DNA of 64,000 bases from Bacteroidota bacterium (lineage in GTDB: Bacteria > Bacteroidota > Bacteroidia > NS11-12g > UBA9320). Where the stretch lies: contig CANIKO010000010.1 of the NCBI GenBank assembly GCA_947468275.1, positions 13,114-77,113 on the forward strand, in the 5' to 3' direction. The notes below the pieces were generated by a model. The model was not told the origin of the DNA. It worked only from the letters and a program-made list of their open reading frames with translations, and made no database searches. The stretch's first letter is position 1; the number at the start of each line of letters is the position of its first letter. Below, piece after piece: positions 28,756 through 39,172 of the stretch. A program made the position numbers and the translations under genes.

Positions 28756-31311
28756 TTATTTTGGTTTTTTCTCCAATAAAATATTGGTGTCTTCTAATTT
28801 AATTGAAAGATAATTTTCAAATAACCCATAGCCTAAGATTGCTTTTTTCAAAGTGCCTGTTCCTACCACACATCTCACATTAGTGATTTTAACATCACCA
28901 AATGCAATTTCTTTAACATCAAAAGATTTACTTTTTATTTTGGTGCCATCAGGTAAAATATAGGTTTTTGTTCCATCTGCAAAATCTGCAATTGTAATAA
29001 CTTTTGCAGCTAATAACTGAACAACAGCAGCTTCTGGTATTATAGTACTTGATTCTTCTGGATCATACTCAAATTTAACTGTTTTTTTACCAATTTTTCC
29101 TGTAGTTGTATATTTATCTCTCGATTTAATTACAGGAATCATATCATACTTCTCTTTCGTAGCTTCCAATTCTGCTCTTTTAGCTTCAGGGCTATTAGGA
29201 GCTAATATATCTTTAGGTAAATTCTTTTTTTCTAGTAGGTATTTCTTTTTTTCTTCTTCAAGGAATGGGCTTGAAACTGGGCCACCAGAAAGGGCAGAAT
29301 CATTAAACATTTTAATAACTTCTTTGGTCCATTGGAAATTACAATTTAATACCTTTACGACAGCTCGACGATTTTGTTGATGTTCTTCTTCAGTACAAGG
29401 GAAAGCTTTTCCTCCTTCACATTCACATTTGTTTACTAATTGTGATTCGCCATATCCCATAGCAGCTAAACGGAAAGGATTAATTCCGGCTTTCATAATG
29501 TAGGCTACTGCAGAGTCGGCACGACGCTGAGACAAAGCTCTGTTGTATTCAAATGGTGACCGGCAATCCGTATGCGTTCCTAACTCAATAGCCATTTTTG
29601 GGTACTTTTTAAGGGTTGCAATCAAATCATCCAACACTCTTTTGGATTCAGAACGGGTATAAATATTAGAGGAATCCAATCCATAATAAATTGGAAGTAT
29701 AAAGATATCACTGCACTGATTTTTCAAACAAAAATCTTTTCTAAAATCTTGTGATTGTTCAAGACCCATGGTACTCACAAATTCTTCTTTACTATCATAA
29801 TAATATTCTTCTCGTTTAGAGGCGAACAACTCATATTTAGTATTTACTTGAACTACAGTTTTGTAATAACCTTTTGCGTCGGTATAAAGTCTAATTTTAG
29901 ATGAATCGTGATTATTGCTGATTATAATTAATGATTTGGCCAAAGGTTTTCCATCCTTACAATCTGTAACAATACCTGAAAGATGAAAAATTAAAGGATC
30001 CATATAAAATTCATAGATATTATCATCTACTTTACCTCCTCCACTTCTATTGGATGAAAAATACCCTTTCTCTTTGGTGTCGTCCATTATTATCCCAAAA
30101 TCATCCCCATTCGAATTAATAGGAGCCTTCATATTCTCTGGTTTTTCCCAATCAACACCTGTTCCTTTACTAAAAAAAATATCTAATGCGCCTATTCCTG
30201 GATGTCCATCAGATGAAAAATAAAGGGTTCCATCTGAAGAAACATAGGGAAATACTTCATTTTCTTTAGTGTTAATGACTGGGCCAAGATTGATAGGGTC
30301 GCCCCATGTTTTGCCACGTTTTACATAATTTACAACATACAAATCGTGGGTATTGGTATCCCCAAATCCACCTGGCATATCTGATGCAAAATATAATTTA
30401 TCACCATCAGGGGATAATGATGGGTGTCCAAAATTTGATTTATCATTGCAAAAAGGAAGTGGCTTAGGGGTTATGTCCCATTCTTTACCGCTTTTGCGGG
30501 CCTCATAAATTTTACATTTCTTTTCGTCTCCTTTAATACCATTGCATTGAGTAAAATACATTTTGGTGAATTTTTCATCAAAGGTTACAGTACCGTCATT
30601 AAAGTTGGTATTTGCTCCAGGCACAGGTACAGCTTCACCCCATTTAACACTGTTTTTTTTACCTTGCGCTTCTATCATCCATAAATCACTATATTTTCTA
30701 CCGGTCCAATTGTATTGACCTTTGCTTTCTCCTCCCGGCCTGTCAGAAGTAAAAACGATTGTGGTTTTCTTTTTATTAGCCCACATTGGTGAATAGTCAT
30801 CATATTTAATTTTAGAGCCGCCTTGGTCGTTAGCTGGTTTAAATTCGGCCACATGATAACGGGTTTTTGCATCTTTCCATTTCATTCCCAATTCACATCC
30901 TTCAATCATAATAGCGGTATTAGGATCATCGGGTTGCATTTTTTGGTATTCCTGAAATTTTATTAATGCTTCGGTATATTTACCTGTCATTTTTAGGCAC
31001 TCACCCATTTTATAATAAAATATAGGATCTTTAGCGCCTTTTTGAATAGCGGTAGAATACCATTTCAAGGCATTTTTATAATCGTGATTGTAATAATACG
31101 ATTGCGCCGCATTAATACAAGACGAAAGTTTTTCTTTTTTTGTTGATTTTGCATTTTTGTAAACCTTGGAATACATATCTGCCGCCACTGCATACTCCTT
31201 CACTTTATAGCGGTTATTTGCATCTGAAAACGAAGGCTGACCACATTTGGCGCTAAGAAGCAAGACCGCAAATAATGAATAGAATAGTGATTTTATTAAT
31301 GTTTTTGACAT
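28756..31311 (-). CDS. PorE-like lipoprotein (TPR + PD40/WD40 + carboxypeptidase-regulatory + OmpA_C) with extra C-terminal retropepsin-like domain
   Basis: Likely ATG 31311; HPSLSPDG, FSSDGHPG, HTDCR..YNRALSQRRA, HQQNRR; about 130-aa extra tail. Confidence 0.85.
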   Translation of the reverse strand: MSKTLIKSLFYSLFAVLLLSAKCGQPSFSDANNRYKVKEYAVAADMYSKVYKNAKSTKKEKLSSCINAAQSYYYNHDYKNALKWYSTAIQKGAKDPIFYYKMGECLKMTGKYTEALIKFQEYQKMQPDDPNTAIMIEGCELGMKWKDAKTRYHVAEFKPANDQGGSKIKYDDYSPMWANKKKTTIVFTSDRPGGESKGQYNWTGRKYSDLWMIEAQGKKNSVKWGEAVPVPGANTNFNDGTVTFDEKFTKMYFTQCNGIKGDEKKCKIYEARKSGKEWDITPKPLPFCNDKSNFGHPSLSPDGDKLYFASDMPGGFGDTNTHDLYVVNYVKRGKTWGDPINLGPVINTKENEVFPYVSSDGTLYFSSDGHPGIGALDIFFSKGTGVDWEKPENMKAPINSNGDDFGIIMDDTKEKGYFSSNRSGGGKVDDNIYEFYMDPLIFHLSGIVTDCKDGKPLAKSLIIISNNHDSSKIRLYTDAKGYYKTVVQVNTKYELFASKREEYYYDSKEEFVSTMGLEQSQDFRKDFCLKNQCSDIFILPIYYGLDSSNIYTRSESKRVLDDLIATLKKYPKMAIELGTHTDCRSPFEYNRALSQRRADSAVAYIMKAGINPFRLAAMGYGESQLVNKCECEGGKAFPCTEEEHQQNRRAVVKVLNCNFQWTKEVIKMFNDSALSGGPVSSPFLEEEKKKYLLEKKNLPKDILAPNSPEAKRAELEATKEKYDMIPVIKSRDKYTTTGKIGKKTVKFEYDPEESSTIIPEAAVVQLLAAKVITIADFADGTKTYILPDGTKIKSKSFDVKEIAFGDVKITNVRCVVGTGTLKKAILGYGLFENYLSIKLEDTNILLEKKPK

Positions 31312-31454
31312 ACCCTTTTTGGCTATTATTTTAATAATCTTCAAACATGCAAAAAATTAGACAATTATCAAAGAATTCCGAAAAAATAGCTGTTATAAAT
31401 AACGAAGTTAAGTTGTAATTAGTGTTTAAATTAAAAGGCTGAGGTCAGAATAGG

Positions 31455-32792
31455 TTAATCTTTGAAGTTTTCTTCTTTGATAATTTTCCCTTCGCGGTCA
31501 AATAATTTAAAGGAACCGGTAAATGCAGGTTTAAAATAACTGTCTTTGCTATAAAATGCTTCTATGATGGAGGATCGCTTTTTACCTGAGTTGTCTCCGT
31601 TGTAAGGATGAATTTCAGGGTCTCCTTCTTTCATCGGAAATTTTCCATAATTGTAAATATTTAAAGTGCATTCCAAGGCAACTTTACCATTTTCATAATA
31701 ACCTTTCCATTGGCCAATTGGGGCATAGTTTGTAAACAGAAAACTATCTATTAAACTCATTGGATAAGTATAAAGTCCTGCGAACATAAATTGTTCCCCA
31801 TAATTTACAGCCATTGAATTATTTTTTACAACCAATTGCCCAAATGATTTTATCATTCCATTTTCATGGTAACTTTTTGCTGTTCCCATCGAGTCATTAT
31901 TTTCGAAATTGAATCTCGCTTTTAATTTCCCTGAGGAGTAGTAGTATTTTTCCCAAAGCACTTTTTTATTTTGTCGATTAATTTCTAATTTCAATAGTGT
32001 ATCTCCACATTGTATTTTATAGCCCTTTTCTAATATTGGTCCACTATTTTTAAATATCGTAGAATTCTCCGGATTATAATTTGTGTCAATCTTTGTAATA
32101 TTATTTTCCCGATAGGTAAACGTAGTAAAATCGGAAATATCAAGTAATTTTTTTTCTTGTCCCATAATGGTGATAGCTATAGGAGGTAATCTTTTGTCTA
32201 TTTCTCCTGGGCCAATAGCCGTTATATCATCCACCAAAATCTTATCGCCATGCCATGAGTATGCAATTAGCCGTTTTAATTCCAATGGAATTTGATTGCC
32301 AATTACAGAAAAAGCTACGGGATTACCACTTTTGGGAACAAATAGAATTTCACATTTTATAACTTTATATGTAATGCCTTGAAAAGAAAAATTTGGCATT
32401 ACAGCCCGAATTGTATTTTGAGCCAACAAAGCAACAGCGGCATAGTTACCAGATTCCAATGTTCCAAACATGGATTCAGGTTTTGGAACAGATTTTACCC
32501 TAAAAAATATAGTATCAGTCTTTCTAAAACGTCTTTTTTTATAGCTAACGATTACTTTGCAGGTTCCAGTTGTTGTTGCTTTCAAAAAATAATTTTGAGA
32601 AGTTTTAACAATCGTGCAATTTTCGCAACCAACCGCAAGTTGGTTATTGGTATATCCTTCCACCGCTATTTGCACCGGATTATCCAACCCGATATAAACA
32701 ACATTCATGGCCGGCAAAGCCACCACTGGTTTTTGGGCTTGGGATAAATGAATTAATAAAAAGGTCGTGATAAAAAGAAGAATTTTTTTCAT
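31455..32792 (-). CDS. GldM/PorM C-terminal-like domains fused to MORN/YwqK-like repeats
   Basis: MNVVYIGLDNPVQIAVEG, FRVKSVPKP; YYSSGKLK, YHENGMIK, GQWKGYYENGKV. Confidence 0.75.
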   Translation of the reverse strand: MKKILLFITTFLLIHLSQAQKPVVALPAMNVVYIGLDNPVQIAVEGYTNNQLAVGCENCTIVKTSQNYFLKATTTGTCKVIVSYKKRRFRKTDTIFFRVKSVPKPESMFGTLESGNYAAVALLAQNTIRAVMPNFSFQGITYKVIKCEILFVPKSGNPVAFSVIGNQIPLELKRLIAYSWHGDKILVDDITAIGPGEIDKRLPPIAITIMGQEKKLLDISDFTTFTYRENNITKIDTNYNPENSTIFKNSGPILEKGYKIQCGDTLLKLEINRQNKKVLWEKYYYSSGKLKARFNFENNDSMGTAKSYHENGMIKSFGQLVVKNNSMAVNYGEQFMFAGLYTYPMSLIDSFLFTNYAPIGQWKGYYENGKVALECTLNIYNYGKFPMKEGDPEIHPYNGDNSGKKRSSIIEAFYSKDSYFKPAFTGSFKLFDREGKIIKEENFKD

Positions 32793-32861
32793 GATAAAAA
32801 GAAAACGATTGGCTAAACGAAAATAGTACTTTTTGCAGGAAAATTTAGTTTAGAAGGAAGC

Positions 32862-32890
32862 ACATCCCCCAGCCCCCTTCCATGGGGGAC
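32862..32890 (+). repeat. GC-rich REP-like palindromic element
   Basis: ACATCCCCCAGCCCCCTTCCATGGGGGAC. Confidence 0.6.
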
Positions 32891-32985
32891 GGCTGACCTA
32901 CCAGTATTGAACATTGAGAATTGAGCGTTGTTTATTGGATATTTTCTTTAGAAATTAACCATTAATAATTTAGCATTAACAATTA

Positions 32986-34017
32986 TCAACCCCATCCTTG
33001 TGCCTTAATATCAAACTGACTTCCTGATGGAGTAATCAATTGGCATATATTGGCTTGATTGGTTGCAAAACCAATGACAGAGATGTCCATATTGGATTTT
33101 ATTTTTTCAAAATCGGTTTGGTCAATGGTAAATAATAGTTCAAAATCTTCGCCACCATTTAAGGCACACATAGTGGCATCCAAATTAAATTCACTGGCCA
33201 TTTCAAGGGTTTGTGTATCTACAGGAAGTTTTTCTTCATAAATAGAAAAACCAACATTGGATTGCAATGCCAAATGTTTCAGTTCAGACGCCAAACCATC
33301 ACTAATATCAATCATTGAAGTTGGTTTTATATTTAACTCGGCCAAGAGTTCAATAACGTCCTTACGAGCTTCGGGTTTAAGTTGTCGGCCTACTATGTAA
33401 TCGTAACCTTCTAAATCGGGCTGCATCTCTGGGTTGGCTAAAAAAACGCGTTTTTCGCGTTCCATGAGCTGATGGCCTAGGTAAGCGCCACCTAAATCGC
33501 CAGTTACACAAAGTAAATCATTGACTTTGCAACCTGCTCGAGTTACATATTTATCCGGCGCCACTTCACCAATAGCGGTTATTGAAATGGTGAGTCCCTG
33601 TGGCGAAGTGTTGGTATCCCCACCAATTAAATCCACTTCATATTTTTCGCATGCAAGGTATATTCCGGTGTAAAATTCTTCCAAAGCTTCCAAAGTGTAT
33701 TTACTGGATAAGGCAATAGAAAGAGTTATAAATTTTGGGATGGCATTCATGGCATAAATATCACTGATATTAGCAACCACTGCTTTGTAGCCTAAATGTT
33801 TGAGAGGAGTGTAGGCCAAATCAAAGTTTATATTTTCTACCATCAAATCGGTAGTTATAACCTGCAATTTTTCAGAATTTGGTTTTAAAATAGCGGCATC
33901 ATCGCCAATACCTTTAATAATATTAGGGTTTTTGGGACTGTAATTTTCGGTTAGTTTTTTAATTAGGCCAAATTCGCCAAAAGATTCAAGCGTAGTTTTT
34001 GATGAGTTTTCAAACAT
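32986..34017 (-). CDS. thiL: Thiamine-monophosphate kinase
   Basis: GEFGLI, GIGDDAA, NISDIYAM, DISDGL, GGEDFEL. Confidence 0.95.
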   Translation of the reverse strand: MFENSSKTTLESFGEFGLIKKLTENYSPKNPNIIKGIGDDAAILKPNSEKLQVITTDLMVENINFDLAYTPLKHLGYKAVVANISDIYAMNAIPKFITLSIALSSKYTLEALEEFYTGIYLACEKYEVDLIGGDTNTSPQGLTISITAIGEVAPDKYVTRAGCKVNDLLCVTGDLGGAYLGHQLMEREKRVFLANPEMQPDLEGYDYIVGRQLKPEARKDVIELLAELNIKPTSMIDISDGLASELKHLALQSNVGFSIYEEKLPVDTQTLEMASEFNLDATMCALNGGEDFELLFTIDQTDFEKIKSNMDISVIGFATNQANICQLITPSGSQFDIKAQGWG

Positions 34018-34123
34018 TCTGCGAATTTAGTTCACTAAAATGCGAAGTAACCAAAGCTAACTAAATAATTTTCTTTGAATTGTAATTATCCTTCATTTTA
34101 TTTACATAAATATTCAAAGCATT

Positions 34124-34810
34124 ATGAAGCTTTTTACGGGGATATTAGACCTTATATTTCCAGTGGTTTGCGTTAATTGTGGAAATTCCTTGGTATTAAA
34201 TGAAACCATACTCTGCACTATTTGTATTGTAAAATTACCCATTACCAATTTTCATAAAGACCCTGATAATGATATAGCCAAAGCCTTATGGGGAAGAGTT
34301 AATATAGATTTTGCTACCGCATTTCTTTATTTTAAAAAAGCAGGAATAACCCAACAATTGCTTCATCAATTAAAATATCGAGGTAGAAAAGACATTGGAG
34401 TATATTTGGGGAGGCAATTTGGAAATAAGATCAGGGGTATAGATTTTATTTCAACGGTAGATTATATAATTCCGGTGCCATTGCATAAATCAAAAGCCAA
34501 ATCCAGAGGCTATAATCAAAGCCAACTTATTTGTGAGGGAATGAGCGAGGTGCTATCCATACCTGTTTGTAATAATTTAATAAGAATTAGCTTCACTGAT
34601 ACTCAAACTCGCAAACGCAGATTTGATCGATGGCTCAATGTTTCAGAAAAATTTGTTTTAAACGAACCGGAACTCTTGGAAGGAAAACGTATACTTTTAG
34701 TAGATGATGTTTTTACCACCGGAGCAACGATTGAAGCATGTTGCCAAGCATTTAAAAATGTAAATAATATTAGTATTGGAGTGGCAACGCTAGCAATGGC
34801 GGCCCATTAA
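34124..34810 (+). CDS. comF: ComF family protein (zinc ribbon + PRTase)
   Basis: CVNC/CTIC, LKYRG, PVPLH, RGYNQ, LLVDDVFTTGAT. Confidence 0.9.
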   Translation: MKLFTGILDLIFPVVCVNCGNSLVLNETILCTICIVKLPITNFHKDPDNDIAKALWGRVNIDFATAFLYFKKAGITQQLLHQLKYRGRKDIGVYLGRQFGNKIRGIDFISTVDYIIPVPLHKSKAKSRGYNQSQLICEGMSEVLSIPVCNNLIRISFTDTQTRKRRFDRWLNVSEKFVLNEPELLEGKRILLVDDVFTTGATIEACCQAFKNVNNISIGVATLAMAAH

Positions 34811-37239
34811 TTCACTGTTATTTTTTTTGCAGCGTATCCTTTTGTCTGGATGATATATAGTCCTTTTACCATACTCATTGTAGATACACTCAACGTGCTT
34901 TCGGCGGCAACTATTTTTGATAAAATAGTTTGGCCTATTGCATTAATAATAGTAATGTTTATTGGTGACTTTAAAGGGTTAACAATATTAATATAATCAT
35001 TTGCAGGATTTGGGTATATTGTTAATTGACCCATTGGTATAAGTGGTTTAACCCCGTTTTCCAATGACACAATATTTTTAGCAGTATTGGTAATTATAGC
35101 TTCCTGAAAATCGAAATTAATGAAAGCTCGATTGGTTATTTCGGTGCCAATCGGCAATGTGCCTGCCAAATTAAGTTTGTAATTTATGTAACCTTGGCTA
35201 GCAGATTCATTGGTTTTAGTATCGACCAATAAAATATTATTAAACATCCATGAGAACATATACTGATATTTTCCATTAGGTTGTTTCCAATACGTCATAA
35301 CCGATTGGAAATTTTTTAAATGACTTGGATCTTCCTCTGTACCTAGTGGACCAATGGACAAATCAGAATCAATAGTGTCGGTAATTAGAATATTGTAGGC
35401 GGTGTCAATACCTGTATTTTGAAACCTTATTTTGTAATCAATAACTTTTGTATTAGGTTCAATAAAATATTTTTGTTGAGTTTTTTTGTCATTTGGGTCA
35501 ATGGCTGCAACAATTTTTTGTTTTAAAATACTGGAGTTGTTGGTCATATCCTCATCTTGCAAATCACCAATAACGATTTTAGCGTCAAAAAGTATTTCGC
35601 TTTCTAGAGCAATCTCAACAGGTATAGTAACTTTTACATTTACACAATATCTTTCGTTTGCTAGTAATGGTTTAATATTCCACTTGGCCGTATTATTTAT
35701 AAAAGTTTGGGGTTGGTCGCTAAATACCCAATTTGTTAGTCTGTCATCCGTTTTAAAAATCAGCTGTCCTGATTCTATTTTTTGAGTTCCTTTATTTTCA
35801 ACACAAATTTTATAATTTTCATCAAACCCTTGTCTGGCTCGCCAACCAGTAAAGTCGCATACTTGCACTGCTGCATCCGTATGTGTTCCATTGGGTCTTA
35901 ATCCAAAATCAATATTTGCGATGGTTAATTTGGACGTGATAATAGCGGGCTTAATACTTCCGCAAGTGGCCTCCCTATATTTAGGAAGTTGCAATTCGAT
36001 AAGATGCTGGATTTTAGAATTGCTGTCAATAGGGAAGTAATAGCGACCGTTATAATCAGTCATTATAAAAATATTTTCAGGAGTTAATTTAACTATTACG
36101 CCCGGAGTGTTGCTTTCGCCGAATTCTTGAGTGCAGTTTTGGTTCACATCATTAAATACTTTTCCGGCAACGATGGCACTTCCAAAATCTAATTTTCCAG
36201 TGTGATTAAGCAGTAACCCTTGATAGTTTTCAAAAGCACCTGAAATGAATACCTGATCTTTTCCATTAAAAATAATGTCATTACCTATATAATCAAAGGT
36301 GGGAACGGTCCAAGTGTTGCCATTCCAAAAGGCCAAACTGGCAATATTATTTGTAATGGTATTTGTAAATTTACCTGCGGCCCAAAAGTTTTTTCCTATT
36401 TGGCGCAAGTCAGAAATTGAATTTATTTTCCAATTCGTTAATCCATTTGATATTTGCTCCCATGTGGTATCCGTTTTTTGAATAGAAAATGAATTTTGAT
36501 TATCAAAATCAACACCAGCCATTACAAGCTTGTTCTGGAATTTTCCTATAGCAATATTTCCGTTAGCAAATGGCGCATTTGAAACTATGCTCCAAGTGTT
36601 GTTTTCAAATTTGGCAAAATATCGATTGTCTAAGTTAATGGGAGATGTGAACGAGCCAATAGCCCAAATGATGTTATCTTTATATTCGAAATTTGAATAA
36701 TAATCATTGGCTCCATAATTCGCCGGAAGACCTGCATAAATAGAACAGTCGCTTTGTCCAATTTTAAGAATCGTGATTAATTGTCCTGCAACAGTAATCT
36801 TGCCACAAAGTAACAAGCCATTATTCGTGTTTAGAAAAGTAAGTTTCTTGGAAACTTTTGTTTCGGCTGTTGTTATGGTTTCCCATTTTCTTCCCGAATT
36901 TTTAATTAAAAGCAGCTTGTCGTTATTTTTATTGGTTAAAGCTAGGTATAACGTGTTATTAATATAATAAACAGCCTTGGCTTCAATGGATTGAGGAATG
37001 GTAGAAATTGTATTTAATAAACTTGTGGGTATGTCATTATAGCGAATCCAAAAATTACCATCCCACTTGTTTACAGCAAATTTTTCATTTTCATTGCTCA
37101 CCACCCACATTTTATCTCCTTCTGAGCAGGAAATATTTAAGGAGTTTTTTTGACCTAAACCCATTGGTAAAATAACCTGAGCCTTAGTAATATTTACTAA
37201 TACCAATAAAAGTATAAATAATTTTACAATAGCTTTCAT
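34807..37239 (-). CDS. T9SS type A substrate (beta-propeller-like N-terminus, DPNDK/DUF7619-like domain)
   Basis: AIDPNDK, YKIRFQNTG, NRAFINFDF, IYPNPA CTD. Confidence 0.82.
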   Translation of the reverse strand: MKAIVKLFILLLVLVNITKAQVILPMGLGQKNSLNISCSEGDKMWVVSNENEKFAVNKWDGNFWIRYNDIPTSLLNTISTIPQSIEAKAVYYINNTLYLALTNKNNDKLLLIKNSGRKWETITTAETKVSKKLTFLNTNNGLLLCGKITVAGQLITILKIGQSDCSIYAGLPANYGANDYYSNFEYKDNIIWAIGSFTSPINLDNRYFAKFENNTWSIVSNAPFANGNIAIGKFQNKLVMAGVDFDNQNSFSIQKTDTTWEQISNGLTNWKINSISDLRQIGKNFWAAGKFTNTITNNIASLAFWNGNTWTVPTFDYIGNDIIFNGKDQVFISGAFENYQGLLLNHTGKLDFGSAIVAGKVFNDVNQNCTQEFGESNTPGVIVKLTPENIFIMTDYNGRYYFPIDSNSKIQHLIELQLPKYREATCGSIKPAIITSKLTIANIDFGLRPNGTHTDAAVQVCDFTGWRARQGFDENYKICVENKGTQKIESGQLIFKTDDRLTNWVFSDQPQTFINNTAKWNIKPLLANERYCVNVKVTIPVEIALESEILFDAKIVIGDLQDEDMTNNSSILKQKIVAAIDPNDKKTQQKYFIEPNTKVIDYKIRFQNTGIDTAYNILITDTIDSDLSIGPLGTEEDPSHLKNFQSVMTYWKQPNGKYQYMFSWMFNNILLVDTKTNESASQGYINYKLNLAGTLPIGTEITNRAFINFDFQEAIITNTAKNIVSLENGVKPLIPMGQLTIYPNPANDYINIVNPLKSPINITIINAIGQTILSKIVAAESTLSVSTMSMVKGLYIIQTKGYAAKKITVN

Positions 37240-38489
37240 TTTTTACTTCCTCCTATACTATAGTTAAGGTTCACATTTAATCCGTAATTGTAATATCTGG
37301 TTTTTACTGGATAATCTTTAACCCTTGCAGAACTTAACAAGGTTGAAAAATTGGGTTCAACTGTAAAAATAAGATTATTATTTGTTTTAATAAATACTCC
37401 TGTTGAAATAGACAGACTTGAATTCCATTTTTTGATAGAATTATTACTATTGATGTCTTCTAAATTTAAATAAGTTGGATTGACGGTTTGTCCACTGGCG
37501 CACCAAAGTTTTGAAACATTAACACCAACTTTGCTCTCAATACCCCATTTTTTATTAATATAGGTTCTGTTTCCCGCCAATAATGGAATCGAAATGTATT
37601 TAATGGACGCTTTGCTGATTTTTTGTATATGTAAATAATCGCTAGGGTTTAATGGGTTATACCCCGTTATGCCTCTTCCTACTATTACATTAGGAAAATC
37701 AGTTATAGTATAGTTAAAATCATTATTAACGCTATATGTAGTGCTATATATTCCCTGACGAATATACCAGTGTTTTCCAATGTTTACTTGCCCATGAACA
37801 CCATTATTAAATCCGCTGCCAAATGAAGCGCTGTTGGCAATAGAAGAAAAATAGTTGTGGTTAATCCAGTTGTTTTTATTTTGTTTAATTGCGTCTATAC
37901 CCATAGCAGGAGACACATTTATACCAAATTCATAACTGAAGCGGCTTGGTTTTTTATTGTTAGGTTTGGGTAATTCTAATTCTTTAATTTTTTCAACAAT
38001 TGGTAAGGATAGCTTCCAGATATTACCTAGTGATTTTGATATTAAATAAATGGATTCAAAAGGATTGTTTGTTATTGCAGTATTAGCTTCAGTAATTTCA
38101 ATTTTTGAATCCTTGTTGAGTTTATAAATATTGTTTTTCGCAAATGAGGTAACAGTTTTGGTCTTAATGTTATTTGTGCTATTGAATGATTGGGAAACAA
38201 TTTTATCATTAGTTGCATCTTTCTTAACAATTAAATCATATGTGGTTTTTTCCTTTTGAACTGTGATTTTTTTTGTAAATGTATTAGAGTCTTTCTTTAT
38301 TAGCAAAGAATAAATACTTAATCCGGCAACTAATAATAATGGTAGAGCTGCCCACCAAATCCAAGCAAAACGTTTTTTATTGTTTAATTTTTCTTCAATT
38401 GCAAACCAATCAGACATAGGAATTTCTCCCTCAAAGGAGGAAAACGTATCCCTTAATAAATTGTCCATATCGTTGCGTTGGTTAATCAA
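37236..38489 (-). CDS. Anti-sigma-like protein: cytoplasmic N-domain + TM + linker + outer-membrane beta-barrel
   Basis: DNLLRDTF...DWFAIEEKL, TM helix, barrel ending YGLNVNLNY; overlaps the ECF gene stop. Confidence 0.72.
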   Translation of the reverse strand: MINQRNDMDNLLRDTFSSFEGEIPMSDWFAIEEKLNNKKRFAWIWWAALPLLLVAGLSIYSLLIKKDSNTFTKKITVQKEKTTYDLIVKKDATNDKIVSQSFNSTNNIKTKTVTSFAKNNIYKLNKDSKIEITEANTAITNNPFESIYLISKSLGNIWKLSLPIVEKIKELELPKPNNKKPSRFSYEFGINVSPAMGIDAIKQNKNNWINHNYFSSIANSASFGSGFNNGVHGQVNIGKHWYIRQGIYSTTYSVNNDFNYTITDFPNVIVGRGITGYNPLNPSDYLHIQKISKASIKYISIPLLAGNRTYINKKWGIESKVGVNVSKLWCASGQTVNPTYLNLEDINSNNSIKKWNSSLSISTGVFIKTNNNLIFTVEPNFSTLLSSARVKDYPVKTRYYNYGLNVNLNYSIGGSKK

Positions 38490-39052
38490 TTTTCTTTTTC
38501 TTTAATTAAGTCGATAAGTAATTGTCTAGCTCTGCTCAATCTGCTTTTTGACGAACCAATTTGTATGTCTAATGCTTCTGCAATTTGTTGGTGTGAATAA
38601 CCATCAATTGAATACATATTAAGCACTATTTTGTATTTTTCAGGCAACTGATTAATATATTCTAATACGGCAGTTACAGGTAAGTTTTTTATAGAATTTT
38701 CAACTACCTCCTCATTCCCAATACTATTCTCAGTAGTGTATTGTACGTTAAGGTCATTGATATCTAAATGTATACTTTTATTTTCTAATTTATTAATATG
38801 AGAAAGGCAGGTATTAATAAATATTCTGGTCATCCAAGTTTGAACTGCACTATCGCCTTTAAAATCATTAATTTTGGTGTATACCTTTACAAACCCATCC
38901 TGAACCATATCTCGTGCGGTTTCATAATTATAACAATATCTAAGGCAAACTCCCATCATTTTTTTTGAAAACAATTCAAACAACAACTTTTGGCAATTGC
39001 GATCATTTTTTTTGCATCCTTTAATGATTTCATCAATATTGCTGTTGTTCAA
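38486..39052 (-). CDS. ECF RNA polymerase sigma factor
   Basis: ARDMVQDGFVKV, WMTRIFIN, GYSHQQIAEAL, SSKSRLSRAR. Confidence 0.93.
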   Translation of the reverse strand: MNNSNIDEIIKGCKKNDRNCQKLLFELFSKKMMGVCLRYCYNYETARDMVQDGFVKVYTKINDFKGDSAVQTWMTRIFINTCLSHINKLENKSIHLDINDLNVQYTTENSIGNEEVVENSIKNLPVTAVLEYINQLPEKYKIVLNMYSIDGYSHQQIAEALDIQIGSSKSRLSRARQLLIDLIKEKEN

Positions 39053-39069
39053 AGTGTGTTATATTAATA

Positions 39070-39094
39070 GACTGCGATTTAAACAAAGGTTGCA
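39070..39094 (-). promoter_or_regulatory. Putative ECF promoter TGCAACC-N15-GTC upstream of the sigma gene
   Basis: Same motif and spacing as 43324-43348. Confidence 0.7.
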
Positions 39095-39123
39095 TTTTTT
39101 ATTGCAATTTTTTTGTTAAACAT

Positions 39124-39152
39124 AAAAAAGGGGCCTATTCGGCCCCTTTTTT
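39124..39152 (-). terminator. Intrinsic terminator after the large surface protein gene
   Basis: AAAAAAGGGGCC-TATTC-GGCCCCTTTTTT. Confidence 0.85.
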
Positions 39153-39172
39153 ATTAAAGATAATTATATAAA

